Shown piece after piece: positions 1-12,767 of a stretch of DNA of 64,000 nucleotides; within the stretch, counting starts at the first letter, position 1, and every line of letters begins with the position of its first letter. The position numbers and the translations under genes were made by a program. This stretch comes from Callorhinchus milii. Lineage: Eukaryota. The stretch covers positions 28,398,001 to 28,462,000 of the forward strand of contig NW_024704743.1 of NCBI RefSeq assembly GCF_018977255.1. The letters run 5' to 3'. A model generated the notes under the pieces. That model saw only the letters and a program-made list of their open reading frames with translations, searched no databases and was not told where the DNA came from.

Positions 1-667
1 TTCACATCAGGAATGTCACTCAAAACACTTCACAGGATATAAAGTGAAGTGATTGTATTTCGTTGGGGTTAACAGAACAGCCTATTTTCACACAGCAATG
101 TTCCACAAACAGCCATGAAGCGAATTACCATTTTTATCTGGGGGATTGTTGGCAATAATTCAACAGCTGTTGTGATGACTATAATTCAGTATGATTTTTG
201 AATCATCTAAGAAGCTCCAAGATTTTGACAAAGTCGTTTTCAGGTGGTAAAAATGCAATTTCATATAAGGGCAACTTACTTTCAAGAATATTGTACCAGT
301 GTTCAAATTCATTCCCAAACTAGGCCCCAGTCCATCTACTGTTTACAATCATTGTATACATTCCAGCCCATACATTCCACTGTTGACCTCTGGTTTATTT
401 TGTGCTCCTTTTTCTTTCGTCACTTATGGCTGCACTTTCAACTACCATACCGGCTTCAAAAGCTCCCCCCAAAAAATCTTTTCAATCATGTCTTTGATTA
501 ACATAATCCCCTTTCTTTGACAAGATATTTGCACAGGTAGAAACTGCCATTAGAAACTTGGGTGGGGGGTGGGGGATTATGTCAGATGTCGTTTATGTGA
601 GATTTAAAAATGGAGCACTCAGCTCCAAATCAACTAGCTTGTTTCCAAATCTTACTGTTATTTGGAA

Positions 668-1490
668 ACAACAACAACAACAAGATTCCATTTATAAAGC
701 GCCTTTCACGTCAGGAGGACGTCCCAAGGCGCTGCACAGTTGGGTCATGACCTGAGCAGGGGGGAAATGGTCAGGGTGAGGGGAGGGAAGGGAGGGAGCG
801 AGGAGGGGGGAAATGGTCAGGGTGAGGGGAGGGAAGGGAGGGAGCGAGGAGGGGGGAAATGGTCAGGGTGAGGGGAGGGAAGGGAGGGAGCGAGGAGGGG
901 GAAGAGAGTCGAGAGGGGAGCTGAAGGCACGGTCAAAGAGAAAGGTTTTGAGACCGGCCTTGAAGGAGGAAAGGGAGGCGGCGGCGAAGGCACTGGGGGA
1001 TGGAGTTCCAGAGCCTCGGGGCTGAGAGGCTGAAGGCCCGACCACCGATGGTAGGGCGGTTGGGGCGGGGGACGTGGAGCAGACCATAGCCAGAGGAACG
1101 GAGGGTACGGGCAGGTAGGTAGGGGGATAGTAGGTTGGAGAGGTAGGAGGGAGCAAGGCCGTGAATGGCCTTGTAGGTGAGGATGAGGATCTTGAAATCA
1201 ATCCTCTGGGGGATGGGGAGCCAGTGGAGGCGAGCGAGGGTGGGAGTGATGTGGTCGCGAAGCCTGGTGCGGGACAGTACACGAGCTGCAGAGTTCTGAA
1301 TGACCTGCAGCTTGTGGAGGGAGGTGGCGGGGAAGGCCGGCGAGGAGAGAGTTCCCGTAGTCCAGCCTTGAGGTGACAAAGGCGTGAACCAGGGTTTCAG
1401 CAGCGTGAGGGGTGAGGTAGTGCCGTAGTGTGGCGATGTTCCGGAGGTGATGGAAGGCGGTGCCAGTTGTGGTGCGGATGTGAGGGAGAA
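668..1490 (-). mobile_element. L2-clade LINE, 5'-truncated young copy
   Basis: ORF2 C-terminus LQVIQNSAARVL...HITPTLARLHWLPIPQRIDFKIL, 3' stem-loop, (TTG)n tail and three 46-bp 3'UTR repeats. Confidence 0.92.
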
Positions 1491-1569
1491 AAGTGGAAGG
1501 AAAGTGGAGAGTGGAAGTACCAGAAATTTGGGTACATTCAAATGTCTTGACATAAACATCACCCTAACA

Positions 1570-1985
1570 TAACAGCAACTTGGATTTATATAGCGCCCTC
1601 CACGGCATCTCAGAGCGCTTCACAGTGACGGATCCCGGGGCCGAGCCAGGGGGGAGGGGGAGGAAGGTGACCAAAGGCGCGGTCGAAAAGAAAGGTCTTC
1701 AGCCGAGACCTGAAAATAGGAAGAGAGGGAGTGAGGCGAAGGGAGTGAGGAAGGGAGTTCCAGAGCCTCTGGGAGTAGTGGCTGAAGGCACGGCCACCAA
1801 TGGTGGAGCGGAGGATTCGGGCGACAAGGAGGAGGCCAGCCCCGGAGGAGCGAAGGCAACGGGCACTGTTGTGAGGAGAGAGGAGGTCAGAGAGGTAGGG
1901 GGGTGCAGAGGAGTGGAGGGATTTGAAGACAAGGGTGAGGATCTTGAAATCGATCCTCTCTGGGATAGGCAGCCAGTGCAGTCTG
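1570..1985 (-). mobile_element. L2 3' fragment (different subfamily)
   Basis: Homologous to the L2 ORF2 C-terminus, with the gcgctatataaat tail. Confidence 0.75.
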
Positions 1986-2870
1986 GCAAAGACTGGGATT
2001 ATCGGGGTGGTTTAGAATGTCCCTGGACTACTCATTCTGAATATCTTGGGATGATTTTCAACCAAGAGTGCTGACTCCTGGGCATTTTCTTTGCACAACC
2101 CATAATAACACAGGGGTTGCATCTGTGGGTCATGTTATAACAGAATCAGCTGGGTCAGCCTGTACACAACTAATTGCTCTTAAGACAAACTGCTAGCATA
2201 AGTGAAATTGATGTGTGCCTCCTACTGACATTTCCAAACTCCAGAACACGATCTGTCCACACAACAGCATAAATATGTTAAATTTCCCCCCCCCCCCAGG
2301 AAACCCACAGGCTCAAATTCCTCATTCTTCAAGTTCAGCAAATAATAATAACATTTTATTTTCCATCAAAAAGCAACAAATCTTTATTAGAACATTAATA
2401 ATGCCAGACACATCTGATCATTATTTCTATAGAACGTTGCACAGCCAAACACGTCACAGCAAACATCAGTCACAAGCGCATACTGTAACAGTCTCCAACA
2501 TTCAATACAGGATATTAGTGTTCTCAATGGCAAGGTATGTAGTTTTAGCTGGTTGAGCTCCTGCAATACCTCAAAGCAAACCCAGGGATCCCCAAACCTT
2601 GGCTATCTCTAACCTACACCCAATGCTCTCTGGAATTAGGTCAACTAAGTTTTGCCTCCAGGGAAAATGTGTGCACTCCATTCCAAGTGCAGGGATATAT
2701 CTTTGTGTTAGTGGCATATATGTGTTGAAATCTATCTGGTTTGGATAAGTATGCTGAAGGATTCTGTAAGAGTCTGAAAAAAAACCTGTAGTGCTGCAAA
2801 GAATTACAATTGAATTTTTGTCACACAGGTTTTCATTGCAATGGCATCACAATTCAAAGGTAACCACATA

Positions 2871-3387
2871 CAGTGAAACTCTGATAACTCACCCCTGGGA
2901 CAAGTAGTTAACCTTATTTTACTTGTCACTCAATCAATAACCCGGCTGTTTTCCATAAGAAATGTTAATTGTGATATTCTGATAACTTGACAGGTTTTTG
3001 AAGTTTTAATACGGTATTTCCATGTTATATACCTCTGATATTCAATCTTCAAATCGATAAGTGATTAAGGAATTTTTATAATTCCCCAAAACACCATTTG
3101 TCTAAGGTGCGTTGAATGCTGTACTTTGTGTGATCAGCTTGCTTGCTGTTTATGTATCCAAGCAGTTAACATATACCATTCAGCTTTTGCATTCATGCAT
3201 GAGCCACTGTAAATGTCTTAAAATCTTATGCAAGCATTTTGAATTAAAAAACAAAGAAATTGAGAAACTTCTTTCCCATTCTGATTCGAGTACTTCGTAA
3301 TTTTGAGACGCTGTACTTATGAAAAGTCTGATAAGTTTTCATTTGAGCTATTTTCCTTGGGGTGACGAGTTGTCAAGAGTTTCACTG
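2871..3387. mobile_element. Tc1/mariner (Tigger/pogo-like) MITE
   Basis: TIRs cagtgaaactct-gataactc / gagttgtcaagagtttcactg, flanked by TA at 2869-70 and 3388-89. Confidence 0.8.
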
Positions 3388-4371
3388 TACCATTGAAAAG
3401 TACTTAAAGCCAAGTCATCTCATAAGTGATAATCGAGAAATGGAACTCATTTACTTTCTATTTGAAGCTTTTAAGTGCATATACAAAAAAAAGTGTCACT
3501 CAATCCACGACTGTTTGTGGGTCTTTTCTGTGCGCAATTGCCTTCTGCGTTTTGCAGACAAAATATACAGTCAATCCACTTTTCAATTTATTCTGTGAAG
3601 CACTTTGAGACAGCTCAATGCTATGATAATGCGCTATATCAAAAGCAAGGATTATTATTACTACTGTACAGCTGACTGCAGAAATGGTCTTAGCAGCTGA
3701 AGAAGCAAACTCCCAATACAAACAGAACTTACAAAATTAACCACTTAACTTCAGAATTGATTTTCACAAAGGAGCCATAATTTTAAATTGTATCCTTCTC
3801 TGTATTTGCAATTTATGACAGCTATTCCCAGATACCTTTTCAGATGCTGTTTGATTAGCCTTAGATCTTACAGCATTTGAGCTATTTTATTTCTTTATTT
3901 TTTATTTCTAATTTCTCTATTCCCACTTTTTTAAAAAAAAATCTTCCTGTATTTTAGAAAGATAACATGGCAATACCACGACTTGGCATGTACGGGCGTT
4001 CAGTTCCTAGTTCAGTGGGAGCTGCATCGTGCCATCCATCATAAATCATCTCCCTTTTTTTTAAAAATAAACAACAAGATTAAGGCAATGACTTAGTCCC
4101 ACGCTTCGGTTGCTGCCCACAACATGCCAGAGATTACTGATGTGTTTGTGCAGGTCTTGCATCTGATGATAAAGTTCATGCAATGTCCGGCATTCTCCCC
4201 TCCACGACATATTTCCGCAGCAATAATAAAAACAACTTACATAAATATATTTTATATATATATATAGCACCCTTCACATAGAATAATATCTCAAAGATCT
4301 TCATAGTTACAGGATCAGACACAGAAAGGAGAGAAGAGACCAATTTCAAAATTGCTGCGATCATTTTTCAA

Positions 4372-5290
4372 TTATAAGAACATAATATAAGAATTTGCTG
4401 GGCGAAAGAAGACCAAGGTCCATCTAGTTCGCCTTCCACCATCCTGGCAGTTGCTTGGCATGTCGTGTCCCAAACTATATACTGTATCTTGAGATATTAT
4501 TTTCTAGCAGAAATCTATCTCATATTGCTCTCGAAACAAACATTTTCTGCTTCTACTGTCTCCATAAATTTACTACTCGCTCACTAAAGTAGTGTTTCCA
4601 CAGATTTGGTCTGAATTTATCCCCCTTCAATCGCAGGCTGTGTCCACTGGTTCTACTGTTTAGTACAAGATAAAACAGCTTATCACAGTCTACATTATCT
4701 AGTCCCTTTAGAATCTTAAAAGATCGTAATCATATCATCCCTCAACCTTCTCTTCTTCAGCGTGAATATGCCCAGTTTATCTAATCGTTCCTCATAGTCC
4801 AGTCCCTCCATCAGTCAATCATTTTGGTTGCCCTCCTCTGTATCCTCTCAATTGCTGCAATATCCTTTTTATAATAGGGGGAGCACAACTGCACACAGTA
4901 ATCCAAATGCAGTCGCACCAGTGATTTATAAAGTGGGAGGATTACCCCACTATTTCGGCTCAACATTGTCCTTTTAATACAACCCATTATCTGGTTTGCC
5001 TTATTCACTGTTACCGAGCATTGTTGCGATAGCTCTACATTAAATTTCATCTGCCATCGTTCTGCCCAATTCAAGAATGATCAAGTCCTCCTGTAACCTA
5101 TCCTGTTCATCTTTGCAGTCTACTAACTTCCTTAACTTTGTGTCATCTGCAAATTTAGCCACTGTGCTTGTGACTCCTACCTCCAGGTCATTTATAAGGG
5201 GTCCCAAAGGGATCCCAAAACAAACTCCTGGTACCATTCTCCCAGCCTGATGATATTCCCTGTACCACCAACTTCTGGGTCCAATCGGTA
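4372..5290 (-). mobile_element. CR1-clade LINE fragment
   Basis: KFADDTKL, WQMKFNV, LYKSLVRLHLDYCVQ and IERIQRRATKMI motifs, with an ataagaac-type tail. Confidence 0.88.
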
Positions 5291-7256
5291 CCTTATAAAC
5301 CTATTTTTAGAGCTTATCTATCCGACTGCTTTCTTGATACGAAAATATCTAACATATTTTAGCCACTTAATGTGCATTCCAATCACTAATAAAATTATAT
5401 AGATTTGCATTTTGCAGATCGGACATCTGGAGAGATTAATGTGGATTAAGAATGCACATTAACTTGCATTCATTCGATTTGGACTTGGTTCAAAACGATA
5501 GGCGACATTCAAGAAAATTTCAAAAGGAACCTTACGTGGCTGTGCATGAGTTATGAGTTTCAACCACAATTGAAAATATTTTTTAATTCAGGCACTTTAG
5601 TAATTCCAATGTGTTTATTCAAACATATATCAGAAAAGTGATTATTCAAAGTGAGTAGATATGGAGCCAAGGGTTATTATTTCAATAGACAAGCAGTTTA
5701 ATACCCCATTTTCTTAAAGGATTGTTACTGGTGGCATCACTGTAAAGGCAGCGATGATGCCCTTTCTAGAACAGAGCTCCACCTCAAGAGGAATCCACCA
5801 AAGGTATCAGAAATCTAATCTTCCTACTGTCGCATTAACTGAAACTCACCATTAACTGAAACTCATCATCACTGAAGTTCTGGACTACTCTCCCTCAATC
5901 TCTCCATCTTGCCCCATCCTTCCCCATCTTCAGGTCGCGTCTGAAGACCTTCCACTTGGACCATACCTACGGCTCCCCCCTCCACCCATGGCTCAGCGTT
6001 GTGCTTAGCCAATGTCAAGCGCTCTGGAACACTATTCTGTGTGAGGGGTGCTATATAACAGCAAGATTGTTATTAATATTTTTTTAATGGATACAATTTA
6101 AGAAGAGCTCAATTGTAGCAGGTGGAAAGAAATTCATCTCACTAAGTAAGAAGGGCAATTAATAATAATCCTTGCATTTGATATAACACCTCATCACATC
6201 TTCAAGACATCTCAAAACTCTTCACAGAATATACTGTAAAGTGAATTGACTGTATATTTTGTGGGCAAAATGTGGCAGCCAATTGCACACAGCAGTGTCC
6301 TACGAACAGCCATGGATTGAGTGACCTATTTAGTTATTATAATTATATGCAAAACTACCAGAAGCTCATAGCCACATTTTACAGCATCCCTGTAAAATTA
6401 ATGGTCTATAACTTAATCTGAGGTTGTCTGAAAATAATTCTGAAATATCTAATAATCTCTCAATAATGCTGAATAGAATCAGGACTAAATTATTCACTCA
6501 GGCAGGCATCCCAACGTGTGGCCAATTGTAGTCAATTTTTCACTGTGCATAGCTCAACAGTTTAGGAGTCATTAGAACTTCAGGTGAACATTTGACAAGA
6601 ATCATAAAGTATCATTCAATAGTGTATGATAGATCAGTGTCATGTAGAGGATATTAAATGGATAGAAGTAGATACAAGGCAGAAATTGAACCAATGGGTT
6701 CAGGTAATGCATTCTAAACTTCCATATTGTGGATCTCCTGTGAAACACTCAAGTACTAAACAACCCTTGCGTTTTTTTAAAAAATGTTTCTTCAACACTT
6801 TTTGCAGTGTTGCTCTTCCATTTCTGATACGTGCACTGAGCAATAGTGCACAGTGATCACTAAAAGGAAACCAGTTTTTCAGATGATGGTAAAGAAAAGT
6901 TCACTTTCATCACTCTATGTCCTAAATCTACAAACTTCCAAACCCATCACCAGGAAGGAACAATACGGGGGCAAAAAAGAAAATTACACTTTTGTTAATA
7001 AATAAAACTGGCACAAATTTGTAGGGAAATATGCTCATACATTTCTTATTAAAAAAATATATATTGCTCTTGAAAACGGCATCTTTGTAATCCATACACT
7101 GCAATGTCAGAACATCCGATTAGAAAATGAAGAGGGATATGATATTCATGAAGCTGCTCAATGGATCAACTGTATTACATTGCGTTGGTATAACAACTAA
7201 CTATTTCTCAAAGGTATAACTAAATTTGAATATAATGACATTTAAATTGTACCTAC

Positions 7257-7438
7257 CCCTCCTTGTACACAAATATGAGCACTTGCTCCCGGAAGACTCT
7301 TTTGGGGGATAGTTGGATTGTGAGGCAGAGCTGTAATCAGGAGGGCTTGAACTTGGTGGGTCCCTGAAGTGTTCAGATGGCGGCGGTCTTGCAGTGGATG
7401 GCCTGGTGTAGGACTCATCTGGTGGAACTTGTGAAAGC
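7257..7438 (-). CDS. MARVELD3: MARVELD3-like second coding exon
   Basis: Acceptor ttttttcctgtgggcag| and phase-1 donor G|gtaggt. Ends KCSYLCTRRG, matching the MARVELD3 KCxYLCTxR-G/A motif that precedes the terminal MARVEL exon. No MARVEL-domain exon is visible in 1-7256, so it presumably lies left of the window. Confidence 0.75.
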
Positions 7439-7761
7439 CTGCCCACAGGAAAAAAATGTTTGTAATTTACGTTATTTAGAGCTCCTCCCCAGAAATAAAT
7501 ACTGTACCAAGTTCATTATTGACATATGGCGTTAAGAAGCCTTTTGTGTGTGGTGGTGTGGAGGGGTAAAGAGTATAGAGAAAAATCATAATTTTTCATC
7601 TAAGTCAATGTTTACTAATGTGAAATAGAACACTTATTTTATTAAAAAAAACACCAAAGTGGACCTAAATTCAAAAAATTATCTCATAAATGATATAATA
7701 GGTGGTGTTAATCTTGTATAACTCATGCCTTAAAAACACGATGGGGAAGGGTGTTGAAAGT

Positions 7762-8075
7762 AATAATAACAATATTTGATATAGCATCTTATCATGTCTT
7801 CGAGACATCTCAAAACACTTCACAGAATATATTGTGAAGTGACCGTATATTTTGTGGGTGAAACGCGGCAGCTGATTGTTGATTGTTTGTGTCCCACAAA
7901 CAGTCGTGGTTTGAGTGACCAAATTATTATATTTTAAAATTTATTTTGAAGGGATTATTAAACCCGGAAAAGCAATCCGCCAATTGACTAACATCTGGGT
8001 TCCTACTTACTGCTAGAGGCGTGTGGAGTAAGGAAACTTGCCTAATGTTTTGCCCTGCCGGGAATTGATCCCAGG
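7762..8075 (-). mobile_element. tRNA-derived SINE, long (older) form, 5'-degraded
   Basis: Homologous to 9163-9528. Confidence 0.8.
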
Positions 8076-9162
8076 TTAGGGAAAAAGGATGCAAGACAAA
8101 GATCTTGGGAGAGGGATGTCGAGAGAAACAGCGTCAAGGTTGTTGAAATCTCACCCATTCATGGGACAGAGGGGCTGAGGGATTGCCAAGAATCACTGTC
8201 ATTTCAGTCAAACAGTTTCAGGAGCCATTTGATCAATTTTGTTTCTACTTTTAATACAAATTGTCCATTAGTGCTGCTTTTATCAGTTTACATCACACAG
8301 TCAGGAAGTGAAAGGGAGTGTCCATTTGGGCACACTGGACTAAGATTCCAAAGCACAGAAATTTCATTTTTTTTCTAAGTATAACATTCCCACACACTCA
8401 TTAATCATCCAATCCACAATACGATAAGAGGTAACATTATAATTCCTGCCAGATTTTAGTAATCCTCTAAACGTTTAAATTGTGTTTATTCTTGTAATTT
8501 CAAACCATTTCTTGTCCATATTGCATAACACAGTCAGAGAAAAAGGAAAGACCATTATCTATTCCACAAGGACACAATTTAGTAACTAACTATCCATAAT
8601 ATACTGTGTTTTCTGGTTTTCCTTAAGAGAATCCTAAAATACTAACTAATCCTTGCAATGGGATGTGGCACTTATCAAACCATCTTGATAACCTGATAAT
8701 CTTGAGTCCTTCACAAGATTCAGACTCCTAGATCCCATTAGGTGTTGTCACTTCATCTGGCCTGAAAAAAACTTTGCAATTCACAGATATACACAACGAC
8801 CCTCATAAATAATTTTCCATCCAAGTTGTACTTTGGTTATTTGGTATAGGAATATACTCCAAGATGCCATTCGGCATTTTATAAATGCAAGTTGTTGTAG
8901 AATCTAAAATGTAAAATTTGCAAGCAATAGTCACTTTTATTTGTACTTTTCGTTTGCGACCTAAAATAGGATTCACTGAGCAAATTTATGATCTGAAATT
9001 TCATCAAAGCTCGATTTGTGGTGTTTGCTTTCCAACCCTTTGTCAGATTTATGAAAGCAAAAACCTTGGCTATGATCACGATTTCTAATTTGGGAATGCC
9101 TCATTTTATACCCTAATCAAAGTGATTTAATGAGACTGTAAATAGGTACCAAATACCTATTT

Positions 9163-9528
9163 GGAGTCCTGTAGCTCAGTGCTTAGAACGCTTTCCTTGC
9201 TAGTGAGAGATTCCCGGCAGGGCGAAATGTTGGGCAAGTTTCCTTACTCCTCACACCTCTGTTTACCCAGAAGTAAGTAGGAACCTGGTTGTTAGTCAAT
9301 TGGTGGATTGCTTTTTTAGGGGTAATAATTCCTTCAAAACAAAAATAATAATAAATTGGTCACTCAATCCATGACTGTTTGTGGGACACTGCAGTGCAAA
9401 ATTGGCTGCCGCGTTTCACCCACAAAATATACAGTTAATTCACTTTACAGTATATTCTGGGAAGCGGTTTGAGACATCTCGAAGATGTGATAAGGCACTA
9501 CACCAAATACAAGGATTATTATATTATA
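9163..9528 (+). mobile_element. tRNA-derived SINE, long form
   Basis: ggagtcctgtagctcagtg head, extra central segment, Deu-like body and (tta)n tail ending a few nt from the MARVELD3 donor site. Confidence 0.88.
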
Positions 9529-9533
9529 AATAC

Positions 9534-9715
9534 CTTTCATTGGAGGAGTACGATTGCCTAGAAGGATGTGGTTTATTTTGGCGAGACTCTCTGTGGCCTT
9601 CTCCAGCGTGCCGGTTGGAATGATTTCTGTCCCCATTTGCTCGGTCTTGATGCCTTCTTTCCCGATGCGGTCTGTTGGAGGGCTGACTTCTTGCAGTTCT
9701 GTTTGCATTAGACAT
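9534..9715 (-). CDS. MARVELD3: MARVEL domain-containing protein 3-like, first coding exon (Arg/Asp/His-rich N-terminal tail)
   Basis: ATG at 9715 with an in-frame stop just upstream. Reads [25 protein letters not shown]...YSSNE, then a phase-2 donor AG|gtattt at 9533 that joins in frame to the 7438 exon. Acceptor tatattcag at 9761 puts the exon start at 9760. Confidence 0.7.
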
Positions 9716-9824
9716 CGTGCAGTTTCATTCGCATTCCACTTCTTGAAATACACATGAATTCTGAATATATATAAAAACGCAACAAGTTACACACAAAAAC
9801 ATTCAGCCACAAAATATTACAACT

Positions 9825-9935
9825 TAGCCTGGCTGAGTTGGTGGTACTCTCATCTCCAATCAGAATTCTGTGGGTTCAAATCCTACACAACGACATGGGC
9901 TGAAACTTCATTGCAGTGCTGCATTATCGGATGAG
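9825..9935 (+). mobile_element. Old SacSINE1/Deu-type SINE head fragment
   Basis: A box ggctgagttgg, B box ggttcaaatcc, then gtgctgca...tcggatgagac. Similar minus-strand relic at about 54110-54270. Family name is from recall. Confidence 0.5.
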
Positions 9936-10151
9936 ACAACAACCAACAACACCACTACATTTATAGAGCACCTTTCACGTCAGGACGACGTCCCAAAGCG
10001 CTGGACAGTCAGGGGTCAGGACCTGAGTATGGGGGAGTGGTGGGGTAGGGGTGAGGGAAGGCAGAGAGGTGAGAGGGCGATTGAAGAACCAAGGTCCTGT
10101 CTGCCTGTTCGGGTGACTGCTAAAGTCACCTGAACAATGTATTATTGTCGT

Positions 10152-10477
10152 GGAGTCCTGTAGCTCAGTGGTTAGAGCATTCGCTTTGCAAGTGAGAGAC
10201 CTGAGTTCAATTCCAGGCAGGGCGAAACCTTGGGCAAGTTTCCTTACTCCACACAGAGCCTAATAATAATCCCTCCAAAAAAACAAAACAATAATAAATT
10301 GGTCATTTTCAATCTCCGACTGCTTGTGGGACATTGCTGTGCGCAATTGGCTGCCGCGTTCGCCCACAAATATACAGTCAATTCACTTTATAGTGTGTTC
10401 TGTGAAGCGCTTTGGGACGTCCTCCCGACGTGAAAAGCGCTATATCAAATGCAAGGATTATTATTATTATTATTATT
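10152..10477 (+). mobile_element. tRNA(Ala)-like SINE, short young form, full length
   Basis: A box TAGCTCAGTGG, TGC anticodon loop, B box GTTCAATTCC, L2-like 3' stem-loop and (TTA)n tail. Confidence 0.93.
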
Positions 10478-11705
10478 TGAAAAGAGAAAGGAGTGATCAT
10501 TCACTCATTGGCTATTCTTGAGACGTTGCTGTTCTCAAAATCTCTACCAACTTTGCCTACAAATACAATACAAAATTACATTTGTACAGCGTCGTTCATA
10601 TCGGGAGTACGTACCAAGGCGCTGGACAGTCAGGGATTTCGACCCAAGCTGGGGGTCAGGATCGGGAGGGTGGAGGGTAGGTAGAGTAGGAGGGTGGCCG
10701 AAGACTCGGTCAAAGAGGAGAGTTTTGAGACACACGTTGAAGAAAGCAAGGGAGGGAGCGAGTATACAGTCACTAACCTTTACAGGAAATTCTGTAAAAT
10801 GTTTTAAAATATTTTGAAGCCTATAAAACACTATATGCAAGAATTATTTTAACTTCTGGATTGTAACAGTAATGGCTTCTTAGAATATTTCACCATTGAA
10901 AAGTTGTTCCAGGTTAGATTTATTTTATATTCTATCCATGTTGTAAAAATACTCTGAGCCACTATCCTGCATGAGGGGTGCTATATAAATGCAAGCTGTT
11001 GTGGTTATTGAATATCATTATAATTTTTTGGCAATTAACCATTTATTTTCATTACTATCATTACACGGTGCAAGTTTAATTGGGCAGCATTTATAAGATC
11101 ATGTTCTCTGCAGTAATCTTCACTTTAAATCGATTCTGCAGTTTCTTGCTATTGAACGTTGAAACCCAACAAATGTTTTTTAAAATTATTTGTTATGTAA
11201 ACATTGCAAGATCTCTTGACACCATTCAAAAGGGAAGTGAATTTCTCCCAACACCCTTGCCAACAATCCTCCAGATTTATTGATCATTCAATTCATGGCT
11301 ATTTGTGGGACTTTGCTGAGGAAAGTATGTGCTGATCTTCCAAAAACAATCACAACACTTGATAGTAATCAACCATTAAGCACCTGGAGATGTTTTAACA
11401 TATTAAAAATGTAAGTGCTTTCTATCAGTATCTTAAATTTATTTTGGGTTGTTTTCTGCTTCTGTTAATCTGTGTCTAAAATAATAATTGCAGGACCTGA
11501 ACCAACCAATAAAACGCAAGTAAAAACTTGGAGAATACTTTGCTCTTTATTCCCAAGATAATCCTTAGACTGTTCAACCTGATTTAAGCAGACCACTCCA
11601 AAGGTAGGTCTGGTTAATTGATGATTTGTGTAATAACACAGCATTGCATTGTTTGCCATTACTTTTAGGAATACCTGCATTCTGCTTCATTGACTGTACA
11701 GTATT

Positions 11706-11885
11706 TAATAATAATTCTTGCATTTGATATAGCGCCTTATCACGTCTCCGAGATGCCTCAAAACGCATCACAGAATATACTGCAAAGAATAGACTGTATA
11801 TCTTGCGGGCGCGACACGGCAGCCAATTGCGCACAGCAGCGTCCCACAAACGGTCGTGGATTGAGTGACCAAATTATTTTTTCTG
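11706..11885 (-). mobile_element. SINE 3' half
   Basis: Homologous to the 3' half of 10152-10477. Similar fragments at about 3494-3662, 6160-6330, 41839-41950 and 50311-50420. Confidence 0.8.
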
Positions 11886-12767
11886 CGAAGGAATTATTCT
11901 TTGCTTTGAAGGGGTCGCCCTCTTCCAAGAAACTGCTTCCAGAGCAGCCGTCCTTTTACCTAAGTACTTACAGAGGGCGGAGGGGAAAGTTAGTTCTTCT
12001 TTACAGGCAGCACAATGGAAGTTTATCGAAAACAACATTTTTGTTTGTAATACAGTGGGAGATTGGATTTAACTAGTTACAAGGGAGGAGGTTGATGACT
12101 TCATCTATTTCAGACTCTGTCCACATAATTACCCCCGAGGGGCTATTCCCTGCCTCTCCAATCCTACAGGAGAATTAAGTCGATTATTTTCCTTTCTCCT
12201 CCTCCCCCACACCTCCACCTGCAAACTGGAAGGACACAGGTGACCTTAAATGGTAGAATAACGTTTCCTTGCGTTAAAACGATGCATATAGGGGGGGATT
12301 GGGGAAAGTGAGGGTTTGCACAAAAGAGGGAGAAGAGACAGAAACTCAAGAGGTGGTGGTGTTGCTCAGTGACCCCCTCCCCCCCCCCCCCCCCTACACA
12401 CACACACCTTGTGTTGTGTGTTGTGTTGACTTTGTTCCTTGTTCAGGTGGTGGAACAGGTCTGTTCAGTTTGAGTGTCTCTCTCTCCCCCCAAAAGAGAT
12501 CCAGATACCTCCCAGCTCCAGCTCACAGTTACAGTAGTTTTCCTGCTCTTACCTTTTAAGACTTTTCCTTGGTCCAAGTCTCTTCCCAGGATATTGCAGA
12601 TCTTGTGTAAGGGACAGACAGTGCGGTGGGGAGTGGAAGGTGGGGGTGGATGGGGAGGACTTATTTGCACCACCACAAAGGAGATAAGATCTGAACCTTT
12701 GTAACCACAAGTCGAATTGTTTGCAGACCGAAACCTGCCAATGCAAATGCAGAGTAAACCAGTGGCT

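Noticed and set aside
278..545. Minus-strand CKYLVKERGLC resembling the MARVELD3 CKYLC motif, with a gtaagt donor at about 278
   Set aside because: Stops in all three minus frames and no MARVEL transmembrane segments follow; probably chance.
757..902. CRISPR-like array
   Set aside because: Head-to-tail tandem units without unique spacers, inside a eukaryotic LINE 3'UTR.
4061..4364. Short minus-strand ORFs as the missing MARVELD3 last exon
   Set aside because: No MARVEL similarity, too short, and they run through an AT-rich simple repeat.
9445..9753. Alternative 102-aa minus-strand ORF over the MARVELD3 exon
   Set aside because: GTG start, runs into a SINE, and its frame does not splice in phase to the 7438 exon.
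10152..10225. tRNA-Ala(TGC)-like sequence (also at 17978, 23714, 38298, 41430 and 56512)
   Set aside because: Each is the head of a SINE, continuous with the SINE body and tail, not a stand-alone tRNA gene.
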